Shown piece after piece: positions 47,754 to 59,800 of a DNA stretch of 64,000 nt. The notes under the pieces were generated by a model. The model saw only the letters and a list, made by a program, of their open reading frames with translations. It did not search any database and had not been told where the DNA came from. How positions within the stretch are numbered: position 1 is the stretch's first letter; the number at the start of each line of letters is the position of its first letter. Position numbers and translations under genes: made by a program. Source of the stretch: Myxococcales bacterium (GTDB lineage Bacteria; Desulfobacterota; Binatia; HRBIN30); assembly GCA_037445065.1 (NCBI GenBank), contig JBBILD010000019.1, forward strand, positions 11,938 through 75,937, written 5' to 3'.

Positions 47754-49588
47754 ATGGTGTACTCCAGGCGAAACTGAATGTTGTCGCGATCCTTGAGCAA
47801 GCTGATCCCGCTTCCGCCTTTGAGACGATGCGCATCGAGGATGCTGTAGTCGACTGAGAAACGAAATGGGTCGCGCAGGAAGGTCAGCCCTGGCTGGTAC
47901 ACCAGCGCTCCGCCCCAATCGTAGAACAAAGCGAAGACGGGAACGATGCGGCCACTGTAATAGGTGGTACTGAGCGCTAGCGTTTGCAGGACCGAGGTGC
48001 GCGGCTGGCTTACGAAAACCGGTTGGAGCGGCACTCCGAGCCGCGGAAGTAAGGTGTCAATCACGGGAAGGACCTCGCGGTCCGGGTTGGGCGTACCGTC
48101 GGGCTGGTACACACGGCTCCCAGCAGCGTCGAGGATGTGCTTGAAAAACACCTGAGTCGTTAGGAAGAAGGTGGCCCCGGGGTTAACGGCTCGGAGCCAA
48201 AAGTTCGCGTCCCACCCCAGTACGGCATTCACCGAGTCGCGCAAGCGGCGGCCCCCGGTCGTGCCTCGTTCGCCGAACAGAAAGGGGTCGAGCTGGTGTT
48301 GGGTATACGCAGGCTCATCTTTGAAGTACGCAACCTCGGCACGCAGTACGCTGTACCAGTCAGGCAAGGCGAAGGTTGCCGTGCTTCCGAAGACTTGCAC
48401 GGGTGGTGCGGTCAGTACGGCGCGCACTGGGCTGCCACAATTGTTACGGGTCGGGTCATTTCCGCGGAAGGGGAAGCGGGGGTCGAGCGGGCAGGGCTTC
48501 CCGTCGTCGAACGCCTCGGTGGGCAGGCCGCGCACAGTGAAGACCTGCGCCGCAGGCGTATCGAAGTAGGTCGAAAGGTAGGCCACGCTTAAGGTGGCAT
48601 CGCGGTAGTTGAAGACGAAGCGGACCCCACCGCGCCCGTCGCGCAGGGTGCGACTCGGTAAGATGGAGATGGTGCGCGTCTCCGTTCTCGGCGCCCCCTG
48701 CGAGGGGAGAGACCAGGGAGAGCCAAAGGGAATTCCTGGGGAGAATCCGACCCGCTTGTCGAGTGCGAAGTAGCCCTCGACAAACGCCTCGGTTAGCGGC
48801 CCCACCTGGCCCACGTGGTACTGCACGCGTAGCATGTCCAAGGGGACGCGCCGTTCGTCCAAGGGAATGAGAAAACCTCCAAAACTGGCGTCGAGTGGGT
48901 TGATGTGGTCGAGAAGCTGAAAGGCATCCGACTCTCCCCATGAGAGCACCTGCCGGCCGAGGCGAACGAACAGCGGGCCGCTGGCCCCCTCTACGTATGC
49001 TTGGAACAGTCGTTCCCGGTGCGAAGCCCGCCGGCGGAGAACGCGTCGGGCCGTCACGATGTCCGGCGCGGTTTGGTTCACGGCTACCAGTGGCAGCCGT
49101 AGCAAAGGCTCGAGGGCCTGCGCGGTGGAGTACTCTTTCGGTCCCCAGTCGTAAATGCCGTCGTATTCTCCTCGGAAGGTTAGATGGTATCCCAAGCCAC
49201 GGAGCCCAAACGGCAGCGTGTTGAGAAGGTCGAGCGGACCCACCCCCTCGCGCACGAGTTGATCGAGCCGGTGGTCGTATTCCGCCTCGAGGAAGAATCG
49301 ATTCTGGCGGAGGTGGCCGGCAGCTGAAAAGGGAAAGGTGCCCAGCGAGTGGGTGACCACCCGGCCCGCGACTCGATCCGGCACCCCGAGATGCGTGTTT
49401 TCCGTCCCTACCCGCGCGTTCACGTACGTGCGGAGCCCCAGCTTCATGGTCCCCGATGAGTCGAGCGGGATGGCCTGCGTGGCCCGCACCACGGCACACA
49501 TCGCGGCGACGCACACCACCACGGTCCACAGTCGAGCACCCAATGTGGATATCGAAAACATCTGCGGCCGTGAGTGACTCCCATCCAT
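47750..49588 (-). CDS. DUF1302 family outer-membrane beta-barrel protein, copy 2
   Basis: Clear paralogue of 44337-46346 (KLGLRTYVNARVGTE, AAGHLRQNRFF, GRQVLSWGESDAF, KDRDNIQFRLEYTI). Confidence 0.85.
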   Translation of the reverse strand: MDGSHSRPQMFSISTLGARLWTVVVCVAAMCAVVRATQAIPLDSSGTMKLGLRTYVNARVGTENTHLGVPDRVAGRVVTHSLGTFPFSAAGHLRQNRFFLEAEYDHRLDQLVREGVGPLDLLNTLPFGLRGLGYHLTFRGEYDGIYDWGPKEYSTAQALEPLLRLPLVAVNQTAPDIVTARRVLRRRASHRERLFQAYVEGASGPLFVRLGRQVLSWGESDAFQLLDHINPLDASFGGFLIPLDERRVPLDMLRVQYHVGQVGPLTEAFVEGYFALDKRVGFSPGIPFGSPWSLPSQGAPRTETRTISILPSRTLRDGRGGVRFVFNYRDATLSVAYLSTYFDTPAAQVFTVRGLPTEAFDDGKPCPLDPRFPFRGNDPTRNNCGSPVRAVLTAPPVQVFGSTATFALPDWYSVLRAEVAYFKDEPAYTQHQLDPFLFGERGTTGGRRLRDSVNAVLGWDANFWLRAVNPGATFFLTTQVFFKHILDAAGSRVYQPDGTPNPDREVLPVIDTLLPRLGVPLQPVFVSQPRTSVLQTLALSTTYYSGRIVPVFALFYDWGGALVYQPGLTFLRDPFRFSVDYSILDAHRLKGGSGISLLKDRDNIQFRLEYTI

Positions 49589-49748
49589 GGAGTGGTCCTC
49601 CCCTCGCCTCCGAAATGTGTGCCGGCTCCGCTTACGAGCCTGTTGCCAGCCCTGTCAAGCAGCGGGAAGACCCATGTGTGGGACGGTGTAGCTTTTAGAC
49701 TAACTCTATTGACAGTACAAGAGTTTTTTTTGCACTATCGTTCTTGCT

Positions 49749-51275
49749 ATGTTAGCCAATGTTTTTTCCGCGGCCGTACACGGCGTGGATGCGATCCTGG
49801 TGGAGGTCGAAGTAGACGTGGCTCCCGGTTTGCCCCGTCTGGACATCGTGGGGTTGGCCGAAGGTCCTGTGCGGGAGAGCAAGGAGCGGGTGCGGGCTGC
49901 GCTGAAAAACTGCGGGTTCCCCCTGCCGAACAAGCGCCTGATGGTAAACCTGGCTCCGGCGGATTTAAAAAAGGAGGGCGCCGCGTACGATCTCCCGATC
50001 GCGATCGGAGTGTTGGCCGCGCTCGAGTGGATTCCCCCGGATCCGTTGAAAGAGTACGTGTTTCTCGGGGAACTGTCCTTGGACGGCCGCGTCAAGCCCA
50101 TCCGTGGTGCCCTGCCCATCGCCGCCGCTGCCCGCCGCAAGGGCTTCCGCGGACTGGTCCTACCGCGGGAAAACGCTGCCGAGGCCGGTGTGGTCGAGGG
50201 GATCCTCTCGCTCCCGGCAGGCTCCTTGTGCGAGGCCACCGGTTTTCTGCGCGGCGAGTTGGAGGTGAAGCCGCTGCGCGTGGACCTCAAGGCAGTGTTC
50301 ACCGACGAAAGCAACTACGACGTGGACTTCAGCGAAGTGCGTGGCCAGCAGCACGTCAAGCGCGCGCTCGAAGTGGCCGCTGCCGGAGGACACAATGTCT
50401 TGATGGTGGGTCCGCCGGGCTCGGGAAAAACCATGCTGGCCAAGCGCATCCCTACGATTCTGCCGGCCCTGACGTTAGCCGAAGCGCTCGAGACCTCGCG
50501 CGTGCACAGTGTGGTGGGCTTGCTCGACGGCCGTGCCCTGATCACGCGGCGTCCGTTCCGCGCGCCGCACCACACCATCAGCGACGCCGGGTTGATCGGC
50601 GGCGGCACGATTCCCCGGCCCGGAGAAGTGAGCCTCGCTCACAATGGCGTGTTGTTTCTCGACGAGTTGCCCGAGTTTCGCAAGAACGTGCTCGAAGTGC
50701 TGCGCCAACCACTGGAAGAACAGCGCATTACGATCTCGCGCGTCATGGGTTCGATTACCTACCCGGCGCGCTGCATGCTCGTCGCGGCAATGAATCCCTG
50801 CCCGTGCGGCTTTTTAGGAGATCCGACCAAGGATTGCTCTTGCACGCCGCTGCAGGTGCAGCGCTACCGGTCGCGCCTGTCTGGCCCCTTGCTGGATCGG
50901 ATTGACATCCACGTGGAGGTGCCTCCTGTTCGCTTTTCCGAACTCGCACAAGCGGATCTCGGCGAGCCCTCGAGCGCGATCCGCGCTCGCGTGGACCGCG
51001 CCCGGCGCGTGCAGTTGGAGCGCTTCGGTGGCCGTCGCCTCTACTGCAATGCGCAGATGAGTACTCGGGACTTGGGCCGCTACTGCCGGCTCGACAGCGC
51101 CGGGGAGAAACTGCTCGAAGCGGCCATGCTGCGCCTGGGGCTCAGCGCCCGCGCTTATTCGCGCGTGCTCAAGGTTGCGCGCACGGTGGCGGACTTGGAT
51201 GGGGAAGCATCCATTCGCCCGCAGCACGTGGCGGAGGCGGTGCAGTACCGTTCCCTCGACCGGCCGGTCGGTTGA
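49749..51275 (+). CDS. comM: YifB/ComM Mg-chelatase-like AAA+ ATPase
   Basis: [57 protein letters not shown]. Confidence 0.95.
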   Translation: MLANVFSAAVHGVDAILVEVEVDVAPGLPRLDIVGLAEGPVRESKERVRAALKNCGFPLPNKRLMVNLAPADLKKEGAAYDLPIAIGVLAALEWIPPDPLKEYVFLGELSLDGRVKPIRGALPIAAAARRKGFRGLVLPRENAAEAGVVEGILSLPAGSLCEATGFLRGELEVKPLRVDLKAVFTDESNYDVDFSEVRGQQHVKRALEVAAAGGHNVLMVGPPGSGKTMLAKRIPTILPALTLAEALETSRVHSVVGLLDGRALITRRPFRAPHHTISDAGLIGGGTIPRPGEVSLAHNGVLFLDELPEFRKNVLEVLRQPLEEQRITISRVMGSITYPARCMLVAAMNPCPCGFLGDPTKDCSCTPLQVQRYRSRLSGPLLDRIDIHVEVPPVRFSELAQADLGEPSSAIRARVDRARRVQLERFGGRRLYCNAQMSTRDLGRYCRLDSAGEKLLEAAMLRLGLSARAYSRVLKVARTVADLDGEASIRPQHVAEAVQYRSLDRPVG

Positions 51276-52423
51276 CGACGATTCAGATGGAGCCACGCGG
51301 ACTCAAGATTTGTTCGCCTTCGGAGTGGCGCTGGTGGCTTGCGCTGCGCGCCGTGCGAGGAGTGGGTCCGGTGGTCTACCGAGCCTTGCTGCACGCGTTT
51401 GGTGAGCCCCGAGCCGTGTTCGAGCTGAGTCGCTCCGAACTCGAATGCGCGGGCCTGCGGCCGGAACTCGCGCAGGAGTTTCAGCACTACAGCGAGTGGG
51501 CCAAGGTAGACGAGGAGGTGAGCCGAATCCAACGTGCGGGCGCAATCCTGATTACGTGGAACGATGTGCGGTATCCGGCCCTTTTGCGCCAGATTCATGA
51601 CCCACCGCCGTTCTTGTACGTGATGGGGGAACTACGTCCGAGCGACGACTTGGCAGTGGCTGTGGTCGGTTCGCGCCGGCCCACGGCGTACGGGCTGCGC
51701 ATGGCTCGGGCGCTCACTACCGAGCTGGTCGACTACGGTTTCACCATTGTAAGTGGGCTTGCACGCGGAATCGATGCGGCAGCGCACTGGGCGGCCATCA
51801 AGAAAGGAGGACGCACCTTCGCGGTGCTGGGGAGCGGACTGGACGTAATTTACCCGGCTGAGCACGCGGCACTGTTTCGCCACATCGCCCAACAAGGAGC
51901 TGTCCTCAGTGAGCTTCCGTTTGGCGCCAAGCCGGACGCGGAGAACTTCCCCGTGCGCAACCGCATCATCAGCGGCCTTGCGCTCGGTACGTTGGTGATC
52001 GAAGCCGCCGAGAAGAGCGGTTCGTTGATTACTGCTTACTGCGCCACAGAGCAGGGTAGGGAAGTCTTTGCCGTTCCGGGCCCGGTTGGATGCCGCTCGC
52101 AGGGGTGCCACAAACTCATTCGCAGCGGAGCCAAACTGACCGAGTGCGCACGCGATGTGGTCGAGGAGATCGCGCCGCAACTCGTGGCCGCTCGTCCTGC
52201 CGAACCGACGCCTCAGCTTTCGCTCGCGGCCAGTCGCGTGATCGAACTGTTGCGCTCTCGCCCGGCACACGTGGACGAACTTGCCGCGGCTACGGGACAG
52301 AGCACGAGCGAGTTGCTGGCCCTCTTGCTCGAACTCGAGTTGCAAGGAGTCGTGCAGCAATTGCCGGGGAAGTGTTTCTCTCTGGCGATGGTTGACGAGG
52401 GTGAACGTGTGGCTAAGAAGTGA
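51272..52423 (+). CDS. dprA: DNA-protecting protein DprA
   Basis: [52 protein letters not shown]. Confidence 0.96.
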   Translation: MTTIQMEPRGLKICSPSEWRWWLALRAVRGVGPVVYRALLHAFGEPRAVFELSRSELECAGLRPELAQEFQHYSEWAKVDEEVSRIQRAGAILITWNDVRYPALLRQIHDPPPFLYVMGELRPSDDLAVAVVGSRRPTAYGLRMARALTTELVDYGFTIVSGLARGIDAAAHWAAIKKGGRTFAVLGSGLDVIYPAEHAALFRHIAQQGAVLSELPFGAKPDAENFPVRNRIISGLALGTLVIEAAEKSGSLITAYCATEQGREVFAVPGPVGCRSQGCHKLIRSGAKLTECARDVVEEIAPQLVAARPAEPTPQLSLAASRVIELLRSRPAHVDELAAATGQSTSELLALLLELELQGVVQQLPGKCFSLAMVDEGERVAKK

Positions 52424-52428
52424 CGCTC

Positions 52429-54735
52429 ATGGCAAAAAACCTGGTGATCGTCGAATCTCCTGCCAAAGCGAAAACGCTGCAGAAGTACCTCGGGCAAGAC
52501 TACCAAGTTAAAGCCTCCGTAGGGCACATCCTCGATTTGCCGAAAAACAAGTTGGGCGTAGATATCGAGCGCGATTTTGCCCCCGAATATGAGATCATCC
52601 ACGGCAAGAAGAAAATCATCAGCGAATTGCAGAAGGCGGCCAAAGGAAAAGCAGCAATTTACTTGGCCCCGGATCCGGACCGGGAGGGCGAGGCAATTGC
52701 TTGGCATATTGCCGAACAGTTGAAGGTGGACCCTAGCAAGGTCCGGCGAGTGTTGTTCAACGAAATCACGCGGCACGCGGTTCTCGAGGCGATGCAACAC
52801 CCGCGTGCGCTCGATCGGAATTTGTACGAGGCCCAGCAAACACGGCGGATTCTCGACCGGCTCGTCGGGTATCAAATCAGTCCGCTGTTGTGGCGTAAGG
52901 TGCGGCGCGGCTTGTCCGCGGGGCGGGTCCAGTCTGTGGCCGTACGGATTGTTTGCGAGCGCGAGCGCGAGATCCAGCGCTTCGTTCCGAAAGAGTACTG
53001 GTCCATCACTGCTCGTCTCGAAGCCAGCGAGCCTCCGGTGTTCTCGGCGCGGCTGTTTCGGCTGGGCGGACAAAAACTGGATCCGGAGGGGTTCCGGCTG
53101 CAGAACGAGCAACAAGCCCGTGCGGTGGTAGAACGCCTGCGTTCGGCTGAATGGAGAGTCCAGAAGGTCGAACGAAAAGAACGGCGCCGCTTCCCGACGC
53201 CTCCGTTCACGACTTCTCGTCTGCAGCAGGAGGCCTCGCGCAAGCTGGGTATGAGCCCGAGTCGCACCATGCGCATCGCGCAGAAGCTTTATGAAGGCGT
53301 CGAGCTGGGAGAAGAAGGGGCAGTGGGCTTGATTACGTACATGCGTACCGATTCGACCCGCGTTTCCCCGGAAGCCCAGCAGCAAGCGCGCGCCTGGGTG
53401 CAGGAGCGGTTCGGAGAAACCTACTTGCCGGAAACTCCCCCGGTGTATCCTTCGAAGAAAGGAGCTCAGGATGCGCATGAAGCAATCCGCCCGACTTCGA
53501 TTGCCTATCCGCCGGAACGTGTGGCGCCGTTTCTGCAAAGGGATGAACTCGCCCTGTACACGCTGATTTGGAATCGGTTCATCGCCAGCCAGATGAAACC
53601 GGCTCTCTACGATCAAACCAGTGTCGATATCGCCGCTGGGGACGCGTTGTTCCGTGCCACCGGTCAGGTGCTCAAGTTCGACGGCTTCATGCGTGTATAC
53701 ACCGAAGGACGGGATGACGAGGCGCGCGCGGAGGAAGACGAAGACGACGCGGAGCGCAAACTGCCTCAGCTCACCGAGGGCGAGGTCCTGCGCTTGCTGG
53801 ATCTCGTTCCCCAACAACATTTCACCCAACCGCCACCCCGTTTTACCCAGGCGACGCTGATCAAGGAGTTGGAAGAAAAAGGGATCGGCCGGCCTTCCAC
53901 GTATGCCGCGATCATGAGCACAATCCTCGAGAAGCAATACGTGGTGGAGGACCCGAGCAAGCGGCTCAGGCCGACGGAATTGGGGTTCTTGGTGACGGAC
54001 TTGCTCGTGCAAGCATTCCCCGACATCCTGAACGTCGAGTTCACAGCCGGCATGGAAAGCGAGCTCGACAAGATCGAAGAGGGCCAGGAACGCTGGGTCG
54101 AAGCGTTGCGCCGGTTTTACGCGGCCTTTTCTCGCGACCTAGCGGAAGCCGAAGAAAAAATGCGCGACGTGCGCCGCAGTGGCCAACCCACGAACATCGC
54201 TTGTCCGAGTTGCGGCAAACCCATGGTCATCCGTTGGGGACGCAACGGTGAGTTCTTGGCCTGCCAGGGCTACCCCGAGTGCAAGACGACACGGAATTTC
54301 CTGCGCAGTGCCGATGGTTCGATTACGGTTCTGGAGAACGACACCGTGGATCAGAAGTGCGAGCAATGCGGGCGGCCGATGCAGGTACGTTTTAGTCGCT
54401 TCGGAAAGTTCTTGGGTTGTAGCGGCTACCCTGAGTGTAAGAACGTGCAATCGTTGGATCGGCCCAAGCCCACAGGAGTCACGTGTCCGGATTGCAAGCA
54501 AGGAGAAATCCTGGAGAAACGTTCCCGGTCCGGACGCTGGTTCTTTAGCTGTAGCCGCTTCCCGGACTGCCGCTTTGCGACTTGGGAGCGACCGGTCCCT
54601 GAGCCTTGTCCGGAGTGCGGAGCGCCGTTTCTGTTGGAGAAGACTACCAAGCGCAGCGGCACCGTCCGTCGGTGTTTTGCCGAGGGCTGTAAATACCGAG
54701 AGACGATTGCAGAACCGGTGAGCGAAGCTGTGTGA
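52429..54735 (+). CDS. topA: DNA topoisomerase I
   Basis: LVIVESPAKAKT, DPDREGEAI, SAGRVQS, LITYMRTDS, C-terminal zinc ribbons. Confidence 0.98.
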   Translation: MAKNLVIVESPAKAKTLQKYLGQDYQVKASVGHILDLPKNKLGVDIERDFAPEYEIIHGKKKIISELQKAAKGKAAIYLAPDPDREGEAIAWHIAEQLKVDPSKVRRVLFNEITRHAVLEAMQHPRALDRNLYEAQQTRRILDRLVGYQISPLLWRKVRRGLSAGRVQSVAVRIVCEREREIQRFVPKEYWSITARLEASEPPVFSARLFRLGGQKLDPEGFRLQNEQQARAVVERLRSAEWRVQKVERKERRRFPTPPFTTSRLQQEASRKLGMSPSRTMRIAQKLYEGVELGEEGAVGLITYMRTDSTRVSPEAQQQARAWVQERFGETYLPETPPVYPSKKGAQDAHEAIRPTSIAYPPERVAPFLQRDELALYTLIWNRFIASQMKPALYDQTSVDIAAGDALFRATGQVLKFDGFMRVYTEGRDDEARAEEDEDDAERKLPQLTEGEVLRLLDLVPQQHFTQPPPRFTQATLIKELEEKGIGRPSTYAAIMSTILEKQYVVEDPSKRLRPTELGFLVTDLLVQAFPDILNVEFTAGMESELDKIEEGQERWVEALRRFYAAFSRDLAEAEEKMRDVRRSGQPTNIACPSCGKPMVIRWGRNGEFLACQGYPECKTTRNFLRSADGSITVLENDTVDQKCEQCGRPMQVRFSRFGKFLGCSGYPECKNVQSLDRPKPTGVTCPDCKQGEILEKRSRSGRWFFSCSRFPDCRFATWERPVPEPCPECGAPFLLEKTTKRSGTVRRCFAEGCKYRETIAEPVSEAV

Positions 54736-54869
54736 AGCTAGTGCTGGATCGTAATGACCCCGATTCACGGTCTCGCCCTGGGGCGACACCGTGCTGTCGG
54801 TGGTAACAGTATATGATGGAGGAGGGAGGCGCCCCGGCCCCCGGCGACGGCACGCAAAGGAGCTGTACA

Positions 54870-56231
54870 ATGAGGTATTTCGAACCCGTAACGATCATCG
54901 GCGGCGGCTTGGCGGGGAGCGAGGCGGCCTGGCAATTGGCTCGCCGCGGCGTTGCTGTGCACCTGTACGAAATGAGACCCCAGCGAGGGACTGAGGCACA
55001 CCAGACCGATCGCCTGGCGGAACTTGTCTGCTCGAACTCCTTCCGCAGCGCATCACTAGACACCGCGGTCGGGCTGCTGAAAGAGGAAATGCGACAGCTC
55101 GGCTCCCTGATCTTGGCTGCCGCTGAGTGCAATGCGGTGCCTGCTGGCTCGGCTTTGGCGGTCGATCGGGATGCGTTTGCGGCAACCGTCACTCAGGCAA
55201 TCGAGTCGTGCCCATCCATCACGGTGATCCGCGAGGAGTTGCGGGATGTCCCAGATGGTTTGTGCATCGTGGCCACCGGGCCTCTTACCTCGCCGGCGCT
55301 CTCTTTCTCGTTACAGCAATTGTTGGGGCAGAAGTACCTGTACTTTTACGATGCAATTGCTCCCATTGTCACAGCCGACTCGATTGATCGCTCCATTGTA
55401 TTTCCCGCCTCGCGCTACGGGAAAGGCGGCGATGACTACTTGAACTGTCCCATGAACCGCGACGAGTACTACGCCTTTGTTGACGCGGTGCTCCATGCCG
55501 AAAAGGTGCCGGTCCGTGACTTCGAGCGGTGCATTTACTTCGAAGGCTGTATGCCCATCGAGGAGATGGTGCGGCGCGGGCGAGACACCCTCGCCTTCGG
55601 GCCGATGCGGCCCGTGGGCCTGGTAGATCCGCGCACCGGGGAGCGGCCCTTTGCCGTGGTCCAACTCCGCCAGGACAATGCCGCCGCAACGCTGTACAAC
55701 ATGGTCGGGTTTCAGACCAAGATGACCTACCCGGAGCAGCGGCGTGTGTTTCGTATGATCCCTGGACTCGAGAAAGCCGAGTTCGTGCGCCTCGGAAGCT
55801 TGCACCGCAACACCTTCGTGAACTCGCCGCGCTTGATTCTCCCGACTCTGCAACTGCGCCGAAAACCGGAAACCTTCCTTGCCGGCCAGTTGGTGGGCGT
55901 GGAGGGATACGTGGAGTCTGCGGCGACTGGGTTGCTTGCCGGGATCAATGTCGCACGCGTGCTGCGTGGCGAAGAGCCGGTGATCCCTCCGGTAACCACC
56001 GCGCTCGGTTCCCTGCTCGCGTACGTGGCTGATCCTGCGCGGCGTGACTTCCAGCCCATGAATGCCAATTACGGATTGTTCCCTCCACTCGACGGCAAAG
56101 AACGCGGGCGGCAAAAACGGGAGGCATTGGCCCGGCGCGCTCTGGCCGATTTCTCGCGCTGGCTCGATGAGTACCACCTGGCAGAAAAAATCGAGTTTGA
56201 GGCGGTTGCCGCCGGGCGAGGATTGTCGTAA
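54870..56231 (+). CDS. trmFO: tRNA m5U54 methyltransferase TrmFO
   Basis: [52 protein letters not shown]. Confidence 0.97.
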   Translation: MRYFEPVTIIGGGLAGSEAAWQLARRGVAVHLYEMRPQRGTEAHQTDRLAELVCSNSFRSASLDTAVGLLKEEMRQLGSLILAAAECNAVPAGSALAVDRDAFAATVTQAIESCPSITVIREELRDVPDGLCIVATGPLTSPALSFSLQQLLGQKYLYFYDAIAPIVTADSIDRSIVFPASRYGKGGDDYLNCPMNRDEYYAFVDAVLHAEKVPVRDFERCIYFEGCMPIEEMVRRGRDTLAFGPMRPVGLVDPRTGERPFAVVQLRQDNAAATLYNMVGFQTKMTYPEQRRVFRMIPGLEKAEFVRLGSLHRNTFVNSPRLILPTLQLRRKPETFLAGQLVGVEGYVESAATGLLAGINVARVLRGEEPVIPPVTTALGSLLAYVADPARRDFQPMNANYGLFPPLDGKERGRQKREALARRALADFSRWLDEYHLAEKIEFEAVAAGRGLS

Positions 56232-56255
56232 CAGGCGCAGCGGAGCTAGGCGTGC

Positions 56256-56870
56256 ATGCTGGTTGGCGAGCACATGACCACCTCGGTGGTGTGCATCGGA
56301 CCCTCGGCCACTGTGGATGAGGCTCGTGCGTTGATGGAGCGCCACGACATCCGCCACCTGCCCGTGACCGACAAAGGCCGTCTAATCGGTATCGTTGCCC
56401 GCGGCGATCTGCACTGGCCAGCTGCTGTACAGCTCCCCCGGCAGCTTGCTGTGGCCGACGTCATGAGCGAACACGTGATTGCGGTGACGCCGCGCACCAC
56501 GATCGAGAGCGCGGCTAGCCTCATGCTCGCCAACAAGATCGGTGCGTTGCCCGTGGTCAACGACGAGGAAGAGCTAGTGGGCATTTTAACCGAGTCGGAC
56601 ATCTTATCGGTGTTCCTCGATGTGATGGGAGTAGGTTCCGGTGCAAAGCGCATCGAAATCCGTTTGCCCGATCGGCCTGGAGAACTGGCTCCCGCCGTGC
56701 GCTGCATCGGCGACCTGGGTGTGAATATCGTTAGCGTCGTGTCTGCGCGGGAACACGACGGACACCGGAGCTTGGTGCTTCGCCTGGCCACCGAGGACCT
56801 GGAGCCCGTCCTCACCGCTCTGGCTAGCGCGGGCGTGGAGGTCGTTTCCACTGGCGAAGGAGACGACTGA
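56256..56870 (+). CDS. CBS-pair plus ACT protein (AcuB-like)
   Basis: IRHLPVTD, KIGALPVV...GILTESD, DRPGELA ACT motif. Confidence 0.88.
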   Translation: MLVGEHMTTSVVCIGPSATVDEARALMERHDIRHLPVTDKGRLIGIVARGDLHWPAAVQLPRQLAVADVMSEHVIAVTPRTTIESAASLMLANKIGALPVVNDEEELVGILTESDILSVFLDVMGVGSGAKRIEIRLPDRPGELAPAVRCIGDLGVNIVSVVSAREHDGHRSLVLRLATEDLEPVLTALASAGVEVVSTGEGDD

Positions 56871-56875
56871 GAAGC

Positions 56876-59800
56876 GTGCCAGCAAGCACCACCGACCTCT
56901 CTCCGACCTTGCAGCGCTTAGGTGTCGATCAAGCGCGCTGCCAAGCTCTTGCCGAGGTGCTGGAGAGGGGCGTTGGGGATCCCTTGCCGCGTTGCCGCCT
57001 CCTCGACCTCCTCGAACGAGCGGCGGACCCTTTGCTGGCGGCCGCTGGCCTGGAGCGACTCGTTCAACTTGCTGACCCCACCGCCGCTTTTGCGCCTGCG
57101 CCCGAGCGGTGCTGGGAGGCTCTGGCCGTCCTGTGCGGAGCAAGCGTGGCTCTGGTCAACACGTTGGCCGCTTGTGGAGCCGAATGGCCTCGCGTGTTCG
57201 CCGAGGCTCTCGTCTTGCCGTCAAAGCAAGCAGCCGATCACATCGAAGCATTGAGCAAGGCGAGCGGTTGCGAGGGCCCCTCTTTCGGCCGCATGCTGCG
57301 GCAGTACCGGCACCGTGAATACCTGCGCATCGGGCTGGCCGATCTTCTGCAACCGGGTCGAGTGGAGCAAACCTGGGCAGAGATTAGCGAACTCGCTGAC
57401 GCTTGCGTGGAAGCCAGTTACCGCTGGGCGCGGAGCCGGCTGGTGGAGGAAAGTGGTGAGTTGCTCGGTCCCGACGGAAACCCGGTGGGATTTGTGGTCC
57501 TCGCCATGGGCAAGCTCGGCGGGAAGGAACTGAATTTTAGTTCGGATATTGATCTCGTGTACTTGTACGAACTCGATACCCAGGCAACGGCTGCGGCCAC
57601 GGAGGTGCCGTCGGCGCGCACGTTTTTTAGCCGTTTGAGCGAGCGCATGACCCGCGCGCTGCAAGAGGTCACTGCCGATGGGTTCGCGTTCCGCGTAGAC
57701 CTTCGCTTGCGGCCCGACGGGATCAACGGGCCAATCACAAACTCGGTTTCCAACGCCCTGTTGTATTACGAGTCTTATGGGCAGACCTGGGAGCGCACCG
57801 CGCTGCTGCGAGCTAGGCCCTGTGCGGGAGACCAGCGCCTCGGCGAGCTTTTCTTACGCGAGGTGCGGCCGTTCGTGTACCGCCGTTATCTCGACTATTC
57901 CACAGTGGCCGACATGCAGCGCATGAAGGCACAGATCGAGGCTGCGGTACGAAGCAAAGGTGCGGAGCGCGATGTCAAGCTAGGACGCGGTGGAATCCGG
58001 GAAGTCGAGTTTTTCGTGCAGGTATTGCAGCTCATTTACGGCGGGCGCGATGAGCGGGTGCGTAGCCGCTCCACCGTCGATGCGCTGCGCAAGCTCGTCG
58101 AGTGCCGCTACATACCCGCTTCCGAAGGCGAAGCGCTGATCGACGCCTACCGCTTTCTTCGCAACGTGGAGCACAAAGTGCAGATCGCTAGCCAGCGCCA
58201 GACGCACCACATTCCGGGCGAGGTGCGGGAACAGGAAGTGTTGGCGCGCCGCTTGGGTTGGACCGGCGACAAGGCGCTCGATCAATTTTGGGCAGCGTGG
58301 AACCGGCATACCTCTGCCGTGCGGGTCGCGTTCGAAAAGCTGCTGTACGAGGCCGAAAGCGAACGGCGCAGCAAGGTGAGCGACGAAGCGCAGCAGTTCC
58401 TGGCATTGTTGGACGACCGCGACAAGGCGCAAGAGTGGTTGCGCTCGTTTGGCTTTGCGGACCCGGTGGCCAGTTACGAAGACTTGCGCTTGCTGCGCGA
58501 TGGCCCACCTTCCTCGCCGTCCACTCCCCGTCGCCGCCAAGTGCTGTTTGAACTCGTACCGCTCTTGCTGACCACGTTGCGCGAATCGGCTTCCCCCGAC
58601 TTGGCCCTGCACAACTTTTCTAGTTTGATCGCTGCGGTGGGTGCGCGCACGAGTTTCTTGCTCTTGCTGCGAGAAAACCCAGCGACGCTGCGCATGCTGG
58701 TGAACTTGTTTGGGACGAGCCAGTACCTGGCCAATCAGTTCATTCGCCATCCAGAGATGTTGGACTCCTTGGTCCGAGCCGACCTCGCCCGCGTCCGGCG
58801 CGAGAAGGCGGACCTAACCGCGGAGCTGCTGAGCCTGCTGGCTGTGGCCGAGGATTTCGAGCAGTCCCTGGATGCCCTGCGCCGCTTTCGCAACCAAGAG
58901 TTTCTGCGCATCGGCATCGCAGCAGTGCAATCCTCGCTTGCGGTTGCCGAGGTCTCCGCCGAACTTACCACCCTGGCGGAAGTGTGTCTCGAAGGGGCAT
59001 TGGCTATCGCTCGACAGCAGGCACTGGCGCGTTTTTCTCTCCCTGAACTCCCCGGAGTGTTCGCCGTGCTCGGGCTCGGGAAGTTCGGTGCGGAGGAACT
59101 CAACTTCAATTCGGACCTCGACCTCATCTTTGTCTACGAGCCGGCGGCGCAATCCGCTTCGGGACCGACCCCGCACGAGGTGTTCACTTGGCTGGCGCAG
59201 CGCTTGATCACGGTGCTGCAGGTGCCCACCAAGGAGGGCATTGTGTACCGGATTGACACGCGTCTGCGCCCGTCGGGTCATTCAGGACCGCTGGTGTCTT
59301 CACTCGACAGCTTTCGCCGCTACCACGCTGAGAGTGCGCAGGTTTGGGAGCGCCAGGCGTTGATCAAAGCGCGCGCTGTCGCTGGTCCAGGGGGGCTCTG
59401 TTCTGCGGTGCAAAGCGTGGTCGAGGATTTCGTCTACCGAGCGCCGTTGCGCCCCGCGGAGGTGCGCGAAATTCGCCGCCTGCGCGGGCGGATGGAACGA
59501 GAGCTGGCGCGCGAGAGCCGCGACCACGTCAACATCAAGACCGGGCGAGGCGGCCTGGTGGACATCGAGTTTTTGGTGCAAATGCTGCAATTGTCGTACG
59601 GACCCTGCCTGCCGCCGCTCCGCCTTCGCAAGACCGCAAGCGCACTCGACGCTTTACACGAGCAAGGCGTGCTGCCCGCGGGGCCATGGGCCGTCTTGCG
59701 CGACGGGTACGCCTTTCTCCGCCAGCTCGAACAAGCGTTGCGGCTGATCCACGATCGGCCTGTGGAGGACCTGGAGCGCGCGGACATGGACGTGGTTGTG

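Noticed and set aside
49709..49753. TTGACA and AT-rich tract upstream of comM
   Set aside because: No convincing -10 at 16-18 bp spacing, so I did not call a promoter.
52213..54012. 599-aa ORF antisense to topA
   Set aside because: Shadow ORF of a conserved gene.
54736..54869. Possible small RNA between topA and trmFO (hairpin about 54766-54793)
   Set aside because: One hairpin only; no recognisable ncRNA family features.
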